A DNA stretch of 64,000 nucleotides, taken from contig OY820591.1 of NCBI GenBank assembly GCA_963555985.3, positions 256,001 to 320,000 of the forward strand. Reading direction: 5' to 3'. Positions 39,084 through 49,101 of this stretch are shown here, piece after piece (the stretch's first letter is position 1; each line of letters begins with the position of its first letter). The notes under the pieces are model-generated. The model worked only from the letters and a program-made list of their open reading frames with translations. It was not told where the DNA came from and did not search any database. This DNA comes from Dehalococcoidia bacterium (GTDB lineage Bacteria; Chloroflexota; Dehalococcoidia; Bin125). Made by a program: the position numbers and the translations under genes.

Positions 39084-40499
39084 ATGATGGCGACACGATG
39101 GAACAGGCTGTTGGGGGGTCGAGGGTTGCTCGCCTTTGTCAGCCTCTTTGTGATGGGAGCGATGATTTTCGCTGCCTGCGGCGATGACGACGAAGAGCAG
39201 CCGCAACCGGCCGCCGCCCAAGCGCAGGAACAGCAGGAACAGGAGCAAGCGGCTGCGCAGGCGCAAGCGGAAGAGCAAGAACAAGAGCAAGCGGCCGCCG
39301 AGGCAGAGGAAGAAGAGGTCATCTGGATCGACATCGGCGTGGTCGCGCCGAGTTCGGGCGGCTATGAAGTCTTCGGGCACACCTATGAAGCCTCGGGCAA
39401 GCTCGTTGAGCACGAGATCAACACGGGCGCGCAGTACTGCGTCGACATGGGCGTCTGCGAGCCCGGGGGCGGCTTCCTGATCGACGGCAAGCTGCACAAG
39501 CTGCGGATCCACTTCCGCGACGACCGCAGCGACATCAACGCGCACGTTGCGCTCGTGCAGGAGTTGGTCCGCGATGTCGGCATCGTCGCCTGCATGTGCG
39601 GCACGCCGCACGACTTCGCGGTGGCCAGTTCGAAGGTGACGCAGCCGGCCAAGGTGCTGCATTTCTCCGGTTCGAGCACGCTGGAAGAGATTCTGACCGA
39701 GGAGGCGACCGCGCCCGGCGGTGAGAACCGCTACCTCTTCCAGACCGAGACGCGCGAGTGGCAGCGCAGCGGCAGCATCATGAAGGGCGCGGTCGACCTG
39801 ATCGACCCCAACTCTGAGGTCACCGTGATCATGATGCTCAACGACGCGACCGGCCAGTTTCTCGCGCCGTACATCAAGCGCGCGCTCGAGGCGAACAACC
39901 AGACGGTGCCCGAGATCATCTACTGGGATCCCGACACCACGGACTTCTCGCCGTTGTTCTCGCGCGCCAAGGGGCACAACCCCGACATCATCGTCTTCAT
40001 GTACGACCCGGACCGAGCGATTCAGGCCATCCCCCAGGCCCTGGAGATCGGTACCGCGAACAGCGGTTACTTCATGTTCGGGATCGACCCCGGCGAGTAC
40101 CTGAAGCGCGAGCTCCAGTCCGACCTGCCGGTTGGCATGGCTTGTGTGCCGATCTGTTGGGGCGCGACCGACCGCCAGCAAGCTGCTGACTACTGGGTCC
40201 GCTACGAGGAGTTCGGCAACGAGCTGCGCTCCTTCTCCTCGGTCAGCCTGCTCACCTACGACGACTACTACATGCTGATCAAGGCCTACCAGGCCGCCGG
40301 CACGTTCACGGACGCGGACGCCGTGGTCGATGCCTTGCTCGAGGTCCGGCACGACGGCGTGATCGCCGACGGGTTCTACTTCGACAATCGTCACATCGTG
40401 GCGCACGGGACTGAGGTTTGCGTCTCGCGCAACCTTGAGTTCGAGTGCCAGTTCACACCGCCGCCGTCCGATCCCCCGCCCGGCACGCCAGGCTTCTGA
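39084..40499 (+). CDS. ABC substrate-binding lipoprotein (LivJ/K fold) with a Gln/Ala/Glu tether
   Basis: FAACGDDDEEQ lipobox; IGVVAPSSG, DDRSD and TTDFSPL motifs. Confidence 0.85.
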   Translation: MMATRWNRLLGGRGLLAFVSLFVMGAMIFAACGDDDEEQPQPAAAQAQEQQEQEQAAAQAQAEEQEQEQAAAEAEEEEVIWIDIGVVAPSSGGYEVFGHTYEASGKLVEHEINTGAQYCVDMGVCEPGGGFLIDGKLHKLRIHFRDDRSDINAHVALVQELVRDVGIVACMCGTPHDFAVASSKVTQPAKVLHFSGSSTLEEILTEEATAPGGENRYLFQTETREWQRSGSIMKGAVDLIDPNSEVTVIMMLNDATGQFLAPYIKRALEANNQTVPEIIYWDPDTTDFSPLFSRAKGHNPDIIVFMYDPDRAIQAIPQALEIGTANSGYFMFGIDPGEYLKRELQSDLPVGMACVPICWGATDRQQAADYWVRYEEFGNELRSFSSVSLLTYDDYYMLIKAYQAAGTFTDADAVVDALLEVRHDGVIADGFYFDNRHIVAHGTEVCVSRNLEFECQFTPPPSDPPPGTPGF

Positions 40500-40700
40500 T
40501 CGGCCTCGGAGCGGAGCGGACGTTCGGCGCTCGTGATACAGCCGAACGTCGAGGAGGCGCTGGCAGCCGCCCGGTCGCGGGCGGCCGCCAGCGCCGCGCC
40601 AATCGCATTGCCAGCTCGTTTCAGGTCGGTCAATCGCGGCAGGGGGACTGCCAAAGCGGTATGTTCCGTCTGCGAGCGAAGCACGAGGTAGGACAGGGCC

Positions 40701-41891
40701 GTGATTGCTGAGTTCTGGGACTCGCGGGGACGCCGCCTGGCCAGCCAGTTGACGCGCGAGCTGACACCGGCGCAGACCGTGATCTGGACTGCGCTGGTGA
40801 TCGTGATGGTGCTGTTTCCGACGATCGTCCATAGCTCACGCTTTCTCGATGTGGCGATCACCTACGGCATTTTTGCGATTGCGCTCTACGGCCTGGGATT
40901 TTTGTACGGCCAGACGAATTTTCTCTCGATTGCGCACTCGGCCCTGATGGGGGTCGGCGCCTACACGGCGGCGATTCTGTTCATTCAGGCCGGGCTGGGG
41001 TTCTGGGCTGTCTTGCCGCTGGCGGCGCTGCTGGCGATGGCGGCGGCGCTGCTGCTTGGCTATCCGGCGCTGCGGGTGAGCGGCTATCACTTCGTGATCG
41101 TCACCTTCGCGGCGTGCGAGTTGTTCGTGCTCGCGACGCGCAATCTGGGCGGGGCGGAAGCGCGCAAGGGGCTGACCGGCGGCGCGCAGGGTCTCGACAT
41201 CACTGAGCCGGTGGGCGCGATTTTCGGCCAGAGCTTCGACATCAACCTCGAACTGGAGCCGTTCTATTACCTGGTGATCGCGTTTCTGTTGATCACGATC
41301 GTGGTCACGCAGGTATTCGTTGGATCTCCCCTGGGCCGGACCTTCCGGGCGATCCGCGAGAACGAGCCGCTGGCGCGCTCGGTTGGGATTCAGGCGAATT
41401 GGTACAAGATTCTGGCGTTCGGGATCAGCGGCCTGTTCGCGGGCGTGGCGGGAGCGTTGTTCGCGTACAAGCTGCGCCACATTGCGCCCGATCTGTTCAA
41501 CTCGTTCGAGGGTGTGGAGTTGGCGCTGATGGTGTTGCTGGGCGGTTCGCGGCGGCTGATGGGTCCGCTGGTGGGGGCGATCATCGTTGGTTTCCTGCCG
41601 GATGTGCTCGACGTGATGGGGCTGGGGCTGACGCCATTCCAGCGGCAGATCGTGTTCGGCGCGCTGCTGATCGCGGTGATCATCCTGTTGCCGCATGGTC
41701 TGGTGCAGGGCGTGGCTGATCTCTATGGCCTCGGCAAGCGTGAGTTGGGGGCGAGGCTGAGACCGCCGCCCGGGCCGCCCAGCCCGGGTGGAGGAGCGGC
41801 GGAAGCAGAAGCGGAAGCGGAGCTGCCTGCCGTGGATGATGCTGAAGAGGAGGCCGCGGTGGCGGATGAGGAGCCGGCTCCGAGGGGCTGA
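40701..41891 (+). CDS. livM: Branched-chain amino acid-type ABC permease (LivM-like)
   Basis: SIAHSALMGVGAY, RAIRENEPLA and MVLLGG motifs. Confidence 0.88.
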   Translation: MIAEFWDSRGRRLASQLTRELTPAQTVIWTALVIVMVLFPTIVHSSRFLDVAITYGIFAIALYGLGFLYGQTNFLSIAHSALMGVGAYTAAILFIQAGLGFWAVLPLAALLAMAAALLLGYPALRVSGYHFVIVTFAACELFVLATRNLGGAEARKGLTGGAQGLDITEPVGAIFGQSFDINLELEPFYYLVIAFLLITIVVTQVFVGSPLGRTFRAIRENEPLARSVGIQANWYKILAFGISGLFAGVAGALFAYKLRHIAPDLFNSFEGVELALMVLLGGSRRLMGPLVGAIIVGFLPDVLDVMGLGLTPFQRQIVFGALLIAVIILLPHGLVQGVADLYGLGKRELGARLRPPPGPPSPGGGAAEAEAEAELPAVDDAEEEAAVADEEPAPRG

Positions 41892-41928
41892 ACCTGAACA
41901 TAGCTGAACGCGGTTGGCGCCGGCTCCG

Positions 41929-41996
41929 CCCCTCTGTCCCCCCGCCTACGCGGGGGCAGGCTCTACGGGACATCTCCCCCGCAGAGGGGGGAGGGG
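41929..41996. repeat. Double-hairpin repeat with a nested CAGGCT-tailed hairpin
   Basis: CCCCTCTGTCC[CCCCGCCTACGCGGGGGCAGGCT]CTACGGGACATCTCCCCCGCAGAGGGGGGAG. Confidence 0.8.
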
Positions 41997-42110
41997 ATAA
42001 GAGGAAAGGCACGGTAGGGACTCGCGGTCGTGATCCGCTCGGTCGGTGAGAAAAAAACGAGGGGTTGAGTTTGCCGCTTGCGGGCTGGGGACAGCCCTCC
42101 GGTCGGGGGA

Positions 42111-42461
42111 TTACTGCGGCTCTTCCTCTTCTTCGAGGCTGTCGTCGTCGTCCGGCAAGGGCACGTCTTCGCCGCGCATGAGGGCGACGGCGATGGCGTG
42201 CGGATGCAGGTGGAGCTCCTTCTTCTGCTCGGGGGTGAGCGGGGCTTCGGACAGGCGAGGGGAGTAATTGGGTCGGGGCGCAGGTTCGGGGTGGGGTTCG
42301 ATGTCGAGCGCGTGATGGATCTCTCGGGTCTTGGAGTTGGACGGGGAGAGTTCGCGGATGAGGAGGGCGAGCGCTTTGATGCGGACATGGCCGGCTTCGT
42401 CGGAGTGGGCGATTTGGCCGACGCCGGTCATGCTGGACTGGTAGGTGTAGTCGAAAGACAT
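42111..42461 (-). CDS. Orphan hypothetical protein with an acidic C-terminus
   Basis: RBS AGAAAGGA; upstream TTGCAA/-10-like elements; downstream T-tract near 42051. Confidence 0.55.
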   Translation of the reverse strand: MSFDYTYQSSMTGVGQIAHSDEAGHVRIKALALLIRELSPSNSKTREIHHALDIEPHPEPAPRPNYSPRLSEAPLTPEQKKELHLHPHAIAVALMRGEDVPLPDDDDSLEEEEEPQ

Positions 42462-42583
42462 GGGGTGTTCCTTTCTGCTGAATCCAGGACTCTTGATCTT
42501 ATATGGATAGATGTTCGGTTTGCAAACTGGTTAGGTGTGTTGTGGTTGTCGTTGGTGGGTTGGGTGCTGGATGTGGCGTTTCA

Positions 42584-42867
42584 CCCCCTCTGCCCCGTTG
42601 GGGCCTCTCCCCCTCAAGGGGGAGATTTTGGGGGAGGTGGGGTTGGGGGTTGGGTGCTGGTCACGGCGAGATACCCGCGGCGGAGCGCGGGTATGACGGA
42701 GTTTGTTGGGGTGGGAATGACGGAGATGGGGATTTCGCAACGGTCTCCGCAGGCGCGAGTCCAGATGCCATTCGAGACGCTGCATGGATTCCCGCGTTCG
42801 CGGGAATGACGGACATAGGGATTTGCACAGGCCTCCCTGTGCGGGGACAGGCTCTTGAGGGGGAGAT
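42584..42867. repeat. Palindromic repeat mosaic
   Basis: Double hairpin at 42584-42625, CGTC hairpins near 42661-42700 and 42786-42812, nested CAGGCT hairpin near 42835. Confidence 0.85.
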
Positions 42868-42888
42868 TTTGGATGGGGGGCGTGGTTG

Positions 42889-43944
42889 TTAGGGTTGCTT
42901 GGAGGTTGGTTCTGGGGGTTTGAGCAGGTTTGTGAGGAGTTCTCGGGCTTGGAGGTAGAGGGCTTTGACGCCGCTGACCATGCCTTGGGGGAGGAGGAGG
43001 ATGAGCAGGATGAGGGCGAGGCCGTAGGCGATCTGGACGTAGTTGGGGTTTTCGGCGAAGGGGAGTTCGGGGACGAAGAGGACGACGGCGGTTCCGACGA
43101 GGGGTCCGAGCAGGGGGACGGCGCCTCCGAGCAGGACCATGAGGGCGAGTTCGATTCCGTCCTGGGCACCGAAGAGGCTGGGTTCGATGTGTCTGAGCAG
43201 GAAGGCGTAGTGGACGCCGGCGGCTCCGGTGAAGGCTCCGCTGAGGGTGAAGGCGATGATTTTGGTGCGCGCGAGGCGGATGCCGATGGACTCGGCGAGG
43301 TCTTCGTTTTCGCGGACGGCGCGCATGGTGGCGCCGAATCCGGAGCGGCGAATGAGGTAGACCGCGAAGATCGCGATGACGAGATAGGCGACGGTGACGT
43401 AGTAGATCGAGTTCGCCGACTGGAGGCCGATACCGAAGAAGTCGGGCATACCGCCCTGCACGATCAGGCCGAGCCGGCGGCCGCTCTCGAAGCCGCCGCC
43501 GTTTTCGAGCACGATTCGCACCAGTTCGCCGAAGCCGAAGGTGGCGATCAGGAAGAAGTGGCCGCGAATGCGGAGTGCGGGATAGGCGAGCATCGCCGCT
43601 GCGACCGAGGAGAGGATGATGCCCAAGGGCAGCACGGCCCAGTAGGACCAGCCAAACTCACGGAAGAAGATGGCTCCGGTGTAGGCGCCGATGGCCCAGA
43701 GTCCGGCGTGGGCGAGCGAGAGGATGCCGGCTTGCCCGAAGATCACGGCGAGTCCGTAGACGGCGATTGCGGTGGTACCGGTGACGGTGGCGAGGAAGAG
43801 GTGGCGGCTGGTGGTGAACTCGGGAATCAGCAGGATGAAGATGCCGACCGCGATGATCACGACGACGCGCTCGGCGGTGGACAGCCGCCGGGGGCCGCTC
43901 ATGGCTTCGGCGATCCGGTTGCTGGCGAAGGTGCTCATTCGCAT
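42889..43944 (-). CDS. livM: Branched-chain amino acid-type ABC permease (LivM-like), second copy
   Basis: SLAHAGLWAIGAY, RAVRENEDLA and MVLLGG motifs. Confidence 0.88.
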   Translation of the reverse strand: MRMSTFASNRIAEAMSGPRRLSTAERVVVIIAVGIFILLIPEFTTSRHLFLATVTGTTAIAVYGLAVIFGQAGILSLAHAGLWAIGAYTGAIFFREFGWSYWAVLPLGIILSSVAAAMLAYPALRIRGHFFLIATFGFGELVRIVLENGGGFESGRRLGLIVQGGMPDFFGIGLQSANSIYYVTVAYLVIAIFAVYLIRRSGFGATMRAVRENEDLAESIGIRLARTKIIAFTLSGAFTGAAGVHYAFLLRHIEPSLFGAQDGIELALMVLLGGAVPLLGPLVGTAVVLFVPELPFAENPNYVQIAYGLALILLILLLPQGMVSGVKALYLQARELLTNLLKPPEPTSKQP

Positions 43945-43969
43945 CTGATCGCGCAATCGTGGGGCGCGG

Positions 43970-44848
43970 CTAGCGCGCCGGCGGGCCCTGCAAGCCGGTC
44001 AGCAGACCTCTGGGGCGGACCAGCAGGATGATGATCATGACGATGAAGGCGTAGGACTCGGACCATTCGGGCTGGAAGTACTGGGTGCCCATGGCTTCGG
44101 CGAGTCCGAGTCCGAAGGCGGCGAGGATCGCGCCGAGCGGATTGCCCAAGCCACCGGCGAGAGCGACGGCGAAGGCCTTGATCACGAAGCGTCCGCCGAT
44201 GAAGGGGTCGATGGGGAAGAGTCCGATCATGAGCGCGCCGCCGAGGCCGGCGAGCAGGGAGCCGACCAGGAAGACGATCATGATGTAGCGGCGGACGGGG
44301 ATGCCCATGAGGGCGGCGGTGTCGCGGTCGATCGCGCTGGCGCGGAGCGCGCGTCCGTGACCGCTGCGGTAGATCACCCAGAGCATGATGGCGACGACCG
44401 CGAGCGTCGCGCCGACGACCAGCACGCGAGTAGCCGGGATGCGGGCGCCGCCAAGGTCGAAGACCTTACTGATCGGGGCGGGGATATCGACGATGCTGGC
44501 GCCAACTGGAGACAGTTCGACCAATAAGTGCTGTAAGACGATGATCAGACCGAGCGAGACGATGAAGCCGTTGATGGGTGAGTCGAAGGTGAAGCGGAAG
44601 ACGCCGCGTTCGAGGGCGAGCCCGATCAGTCCGACGGCGACGATGGCGAAGACGAGGCCGAGCCAGAAGCTGCTGCTGAGTTGGATCGTGACGAACCAGG
44701 CGAGGAAACCGCCGATCACCAGCAATTCGCCATGGGCGAACATGACGAGTCCGGTGAGGCCGAAGATCAGGGTGACGCCCAGGGCCATGAGGGCGATGAC
44801 GGCGCCGATGGACAGGCCGTTGATCACCTGTTGCAGGAAGATCTCCAT
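43970..44848 (-). CDS. livH: Branched-chain amino acid-type ABC permease (LivH-like), second copy
   Basis: GVTLIFGLTGLVMFAHGE and DRDTAALMGIPVRRY motifs. Confidence 0.88.
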   Translation of the reverse strand: MEIFLQQVINGLSIGAVIALMALGVTLIFGLTGLVMFAHGELLVIGGFLAWFVTIQLSSSFWLGLVFAIVAVGLIGLALERGVFRFTFDSPINGFIVSLGLIIVLQHLLVELSPVGASIVDIPAPISKVFDLGGARIPATRVLVVGATLAVVAIMLWVIYRSGHGRALRASAIDRDTAALMGIPVRRYIMIVFLVGSLLAGLGGALMIGLFPIDPFIGGRFVIKAFAVALAGGLGNPLGAILAAFGLGLAEAMGTQYFQPEWSESYAFIVMIIILLVRPRGLLTGLQGPPAR

Positions 44849-44965
44849 GAGTGGCTCATCCTCCCCGAATCGGCCTGACCGCTAACGACGCGCAACCCCT
44901 GATCCTGCTCTCCCCCCGCGCCGCGCACGGGGGGAGAGCGACTGTTTCAGCTCACGATCTGTCTC

Positions 44966-46429
44966 TTACTGCTCGGAGCCGTCCTGGTTTGCCAGCACGA
45001 ACTCGTCGGTGACGCCGAGCGCTTCGGGGCCGTACTCCTCAAGTGAGAAGTTGGTGCATGAGATCTCGCCGAGCTGGACCCGGCAGGTGTCGTAGCCGTG
45101 TGCGACCCGATGCCATTCGGGGTCCATCGTCAGGGTCGAACTGAGTACTCCGTCGATGGTGATGCCCTCCATCGCTTCGGCGATCGCGGTGGTGTCGTCC
45201 ACCGTGCCGGCCTTCTGCATCGCCGCCACCAGCATGTAGACGTAGTCGTACTGCCAGAGCGTGATGTCGGTCAGCGGGGCGGGTGAGCAGCCGTCGGGGT
45301 TGCCGCATTCGAACTCGTTGACGGCGCGGTAGTGCTCGCGCGAGCGCTCGCTGCTGTTGATGGCGCGGCAGAGGTTGATGCAGGCCAGCACGATCGGGGC
45401 TTCGTTGTCGATCCCGCCGGGGAAGTTCTCTTCCCACCAGCCGGGGTCAACGCCGAAGACCATGTAGCCGCGGGCGACTTCGAGTTCGAGCGCCTGCTCG
45501 GCGATCAGGACCGAGTCGGCCGCGATGTACCAGTTATGCATCCAGTCGGGCTCAAGCCCCTTGAGGCGGGTCAGGAAGGGGGTGAAGTCGGTGGTGCCGG
45601 GCGGGTAGAAGACGACCGGGTGGGTCTTCTGCCCGAGCGCGGTGAGGACGCCGTTGTAGAAGCGTCCGAGGAACTGTCCGGAGGGGTCGTCGGTGGCGAT
45701 GATGACGGAGGTGTCGCCTTCTTCGGCACCGAGCAGTTCGAGCACGCCGGCGGCGGTGATGGTGCTTCGGGTGAGCTCGGAGGGCTCGATCTGGAACAGC
45801 CACTTGTGGGTGGTTTGCGATGTCTCCGGGTTGAGCACGCCATCCTCGGAGGTGAGGATGCTGAGCGACATCAGGTGCAGCACCTGCTCGGGCTGGGTCA
45901 GCTCGGAGGCGGCCAGGCCAATCCCGTGGGGGATGGGGCCGAAGATGATCTTGATGCCTTCGTCGCGGATCAACTCCTGCACCGCCGCGATGCCGACCGC
46001 GTCGTCGGAACGGGTGTCGCGGGCGACGACTTCGATGGTGTAGGTGGTGTCGCCGACGACGAAGCCGCCGGCCTCGTTGATCTGCTGGACGGCGAGCATC
46101 AGCCCAACCTCTTCGGACTTGCCGTAGAAGGCGAGGCCGCCGCCGGAGAGCGGCTGGACGGAGCCGATGCGGACGACGCCGGTCTTGGCTTCGGGTTCTG
46201 CTTGTTGCTGGGCCTGCGGTTGGGGCTGCGGCTGAGCTTGCTGTTGTTGCGCTTGCGGCTGGGCTTGCTGTTCCGCTTGCGGTTGCGCCTGGGCGACCGT
46301 TTGTTGCTCGTCATCATCGTCGCCGCAGGCGGCGAGGACGAAGCCGAGCAGGAGCGCAGTGAGCGCGACGGCGACCATTCCGATCCAACGCCACCGGGGC
46401 AGGCGTGTATCCAACTGCTGGTCGTTCAT
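44966..46429 (-). CDS. ABC substrate-binding lipoprotein (LivJ/K fold) with a Gln-rich tether, second copy
   Basis: LAACGDDDDEQ lipobox; IGSVQPLSG, INEAGG and TTDFTPFL motifs. Confidence 0.88.
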   Translation of the reverse strand: MNDQQLDTRLPRWRWIGMVAVALTALLLGFVLAACGDDDDEQQTVAQAQPQAEQQAQPQAQQQQAQPQPQPQAQQQAEPEAKTGVVRIGSVQPLSGGGLAFYGKSEEVGLMLAVQQINEAGGFVVGDTTYTIEVVARDTRSDDAVGIAAVQELIRDEGIKIIFGPIPHGIGLAASELTQPEQVLHLMSLSILTSEDGVLNPETSQTTHKWLFQIEPSELTRSTITAAGVLELLGAEEGDTSVIIATDDPSGQFLGRFYNGVLTALGQKTHPVVFYPPGTTDFTPFLTRLKGLEPDWMHNWYIAADSVLIAEQALELEVARGYMVFGVDPGWWEENFPGGIDNEAPIVLACINLCRAINSSERSREHYRAVNEFECGNPDGCSPAPLTDITLWQYDYVYMLVAAMQKAGTVDDTTAIAEAMEGITIDGVLSSTLTMDPEWHRVAHGYDTCRVQLGEISCTNFSLEEYGPEALGVTDEFVLANQDGSEQ

Positions 46430-46483
46430 CTGGGCGCCTCTCTGGCTCCAGCGCCGCACCGCCGGCGGGGCGGTCAGCGCTCC

Positions 46484-47320
46484 TTACTCATAGGTGTGTC
46501 CGGGCATGAATTGGATCTCCTTGATCGCCAGTTCTCCCTGGGAGTACTGCATGCCCGATTCGTCGTGGCCGGGGAAGATGAAGGCATCGAGTTCGGAGGC
46601 GATGCCTTCGACCTTCGTGCATGAATTGAGGAAGTCTTCGTTGCTGGTATTGACGAAGTTGGGGATCGGGGGCGGACCGAAGGCGTCGTGCGTGCTGACC
46701 GCGTCGCCGGCGAGCAGCGCCCAGCCGGTGGTGTCGAGCCGCACGAGGACGCCCATCGAGCCGGGGGTGTGACCGGGCAGGCTGATCGTCCAGAGGTCTT
46801 CGAGGATCTCCTGGTCGCCGTACATCAGGGTGGGATTGCGGCGGGAGATGAAGTGCCAGTCCTTGCGCACGAAGAAGTTGTCGGCCGACCAGATGTTGGT
46901 GGCGTAGCGGTGTTCGTCTTCGTGCAGGACGATCTGCGCGCCGGCGTCTTCGAACGCTCGCAGGCCGCCGGCGTGATCGGCGTGGCAGTGGCTGAGGATC
47001 ACATAGTCGAAGTCGTCCGGGCCCAGTCCGATCTGTTTGAGCGAGTTCTCCAGCAGTACATCGGCGTTGAGTTCACTGAGGTCGATCGTGGCTTGCCATT
47101 CGGGCAGCCACTCCTCGGCGAAGTTGGTCGAGATGCCGGTGTCGTAGAGGATGCGTCCGGCGGGGTGATTGATGATGTAGGCGAGCGAGGGACAGCGGTA
47201 CCAAGTACGCGGCATACTGGTGCGGCCGGGCAAGAGCATGTCGTTGGGGTTGGGGTAGCCCAGCAGCCCGTAGTCCATGCCCATGTAGCCGAGCTTGAGG
47301 CCTTGCAGCGTGATGCCCAT
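46484..47320 (-). CDS. N-acyl homoserine lactonase family MBL hydrolase
   Basis: YDTG, SHCHADHAGG, PGHTPG, LAGDA and PGHD motifs. Confidence 0.85.
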   Translation of the reverse strand: MGITLQGLKLGYMGMDYGLLGYPNPNDMLLPGRTSMPRTWYRCPSLAYIINHPAGRILYDTGISTNFAEEWLPEWQATIDLSELNADVLLENSLKQIGLGPDDFDYVILSHCHADHAGGLRAFEDAGAQIVLHEDEHRYATNIWSADNFFVRKDWHFISRRNPTLMYGDQEILEDLWTISLPGHTPGSMGVLVRLDTTGWALLAGDAVSTHDAFGPPPIPNFVNTSNEDFLNSCTKVEGIASELDAFIFPGHDESGMQYSQGELAIKEIQFMPGHTYE

Positions 47321-47369
47321 CGTGATTCCTACCTCTCGGTCAAGGCCCGGTTGGGGAGTCTGGCTGGGA

Positions 47370-47413
47370 CCCCCTCTGCCTTCGGCAGCTCCCCCCGCAG
47401 TGCGGGGGGAGCT
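47370..47413. repeat. Double-hairpin repeat
   Basis: CCCCCTCTGCCTTCGGCAGCTCCCCCCGCAGTGCGGGGGGAGCT. Confidence 0.75.
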
Positions 47414-47422
47414 GGGAATGCG

Positions 47423-48805
47423 CTAGGCGCCGTTGGTCGGGCTGAGGCCGGGCGAGACGTCGGGGTTGACCACGAGGCCGCCACAGGCGTCGGCGAGCGC
47501 GGGCATGCACTGGTCGGCGAACATGTGCATCTGCTCTTCGGTCTCTTCGCCGCGGTAGCCGCCCATTTCGAACCAGCAGGTGAACATGAAGTCCTCGTAG
47601 CCGACGGTCTCCTTGACCTCCATGATCTGTTCAACGATCTGGTCGGCGGTGCCGACGAAGGCGAGGCCCTTGTCGATGCAGAGGTCGGCGGTGACGGGGC
47701 GGTCGGGCGGGGGGGGCGGCTCGTCGATGTCGGTGATCACGCCGCCGAAGCCGAACGCGCCGAGGTAGGGCCAGGCTGCTTCCATGCCCAGCTTGTAGCG
47801 TTCGAGGTCGTTCTTCTCGTCGCCCGGCTTGAGGATGTGCACGTAGCGGGCCGGCGAGAAGCCGCGCTTGACATCCGCGTCGTAGCCGAACTTCCAGGGA
47901 CCCTCACGGTCGAGGCGGTCCGGCCAGCTGTGCTGCTCCAGCGTCTCGTAGTAGCGCTCGACATTGGCCTTGAGCCGCGAGTTGGGCTCGGGAATCGTGT
48001 AGCAGTTCACCCCGTGCGCGGCGGCCCACTCGATCGAGCGCGGGCTGGTGACCGGCATCCACATCGGCGGAACCGGCTTCTGGATCGGGTGCGGATAGAC
48101 GCTGATCTCCTTGAGGGTCGTACCGGTCGCGTAGACGGGCGGACCGGAGGCGTACATGTCCGGCGCGCCGAGGTCGAGCACGCTGTCGAGGTCGCGGTCG
48201 ACGTGCTCCTGGCTGAAGTAGGCGATCGTCGAGGGGTTGCCCCACTTGGTGTAGCTGGGCGGCAGGTTGAAGAACTCGCCGGTGTGGCTGAACGAGTGCT
48301 CCCTCCAGGCTTTGTTGATGATCTGGAAGCACTCTTCGAAGAAGGAGCGGTTGCGCTCCTGGTCCTGGATCGTCGCGCCCTGCGCGCCGCCGAGGACCTC
48401 GGTCTCGCGCGACTGATAGCCGCGTCCGACCCCGAATTCGAGCCGCCCGCCGCTGATCACGTCGAGCATCGCGCCCTGCTCGGCCAGCCGGATCGGGTGG
48501 TGCCAGGGCAGGATGTTGGCCATCTGGCCCAGGCGGATGCGGCTCGTCTGGGCAGCGATCGCGGTCTCGGCGAGGATCGGGTTGGGGCTGAATTCGACCC
48601 CCTCCGGCTGCATGTGGTGCTCGGTCATGAACCAGTAGTTGAAACCGAGTTCCTCGGCCAGGACGCCCTGCCGGATCTGATTGACCAGGACTCGCTGGAA
48701 GCTCTCGCTGGTCTCGTCGAGCGTTCCGGCATTGACCCGCGTGCCGTTGACCACGTTGCTACCGAGGTCGACGGCGCCGTTGTGGAAGATTCCGAGCTCA
48801 AGCAT
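47423..48805 (-). CDS. LLM-class (luciferase-like) flavin-dependent monooxygenase
   Basis: AEELGFNYWFMTEHH and HPIRLAEQGAMLDVISGGRLEFGVGRGY motifs. Confidence 0.9.
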   Translation of the reverse strand: MLELGIFHNGAVDLGSNVVNGTRVNAGTLDETSESFQRVLVNQIRQGVLAEELGFNYWFMTEHHMQPEGVEFSPNPILAETAIAAQTSRIRLGQMANILPWHHPIRLAEQGAMLDVISGGRLEFGVGRGYQSRETEVLGGAQGATIQDQERNRSFFEECFQIINKAWREHSFSHTGEFFNLPPSYTKWGNPSTIAYFSQEHVDRDLDSVLDLGAPDMYASGPPVYATGTTLKEISVYPHPIQKPVPPMWMPVTSPRSIEWAAAHGVNCYTIPEPNSRLKANVERYYETLEQHSWPDRLDREGPWKFGYDADVKRGFSPARYVHILKPGDEKNDLERYKLGMEAAWPYLGAFGFGGVITDIDEPPPPPDRPVTADLCIDKGLAFVGTADQIVEQIMEVKETVGYEDFMFTCWFEMGGYRGEETEEQMHMFADQCMPALADACGGLVVNPDVSPGLSPTNGA

Positions 48806-49101
48806 GGTGTTCCTTTCGTTCGCCGGCTTCGGCGAGGCTGCTGTCCACCGCTGTGGTGGAGCGCTGCGACTAATGGATGCGTCTCCGTTCGGCTATCGCA
48901 GGCGATCCGATCTGCGCGGACGCCTACTCCAGCGCGTAGCGGCATTCTGCGAATCGCAACATGGGCTGTCAGTACGCGCCATGACAGTGAGGGGCGCTCC
49001 GTTCTCCTCTCTTTTGGAGGTGAGTGGATGGGAAGAGAGGGATGTTGCAGCCGCCTGCACTCGCGCTATCATTCTCGTACGGTTGTGCCGTATCAGTCGA
49101 A

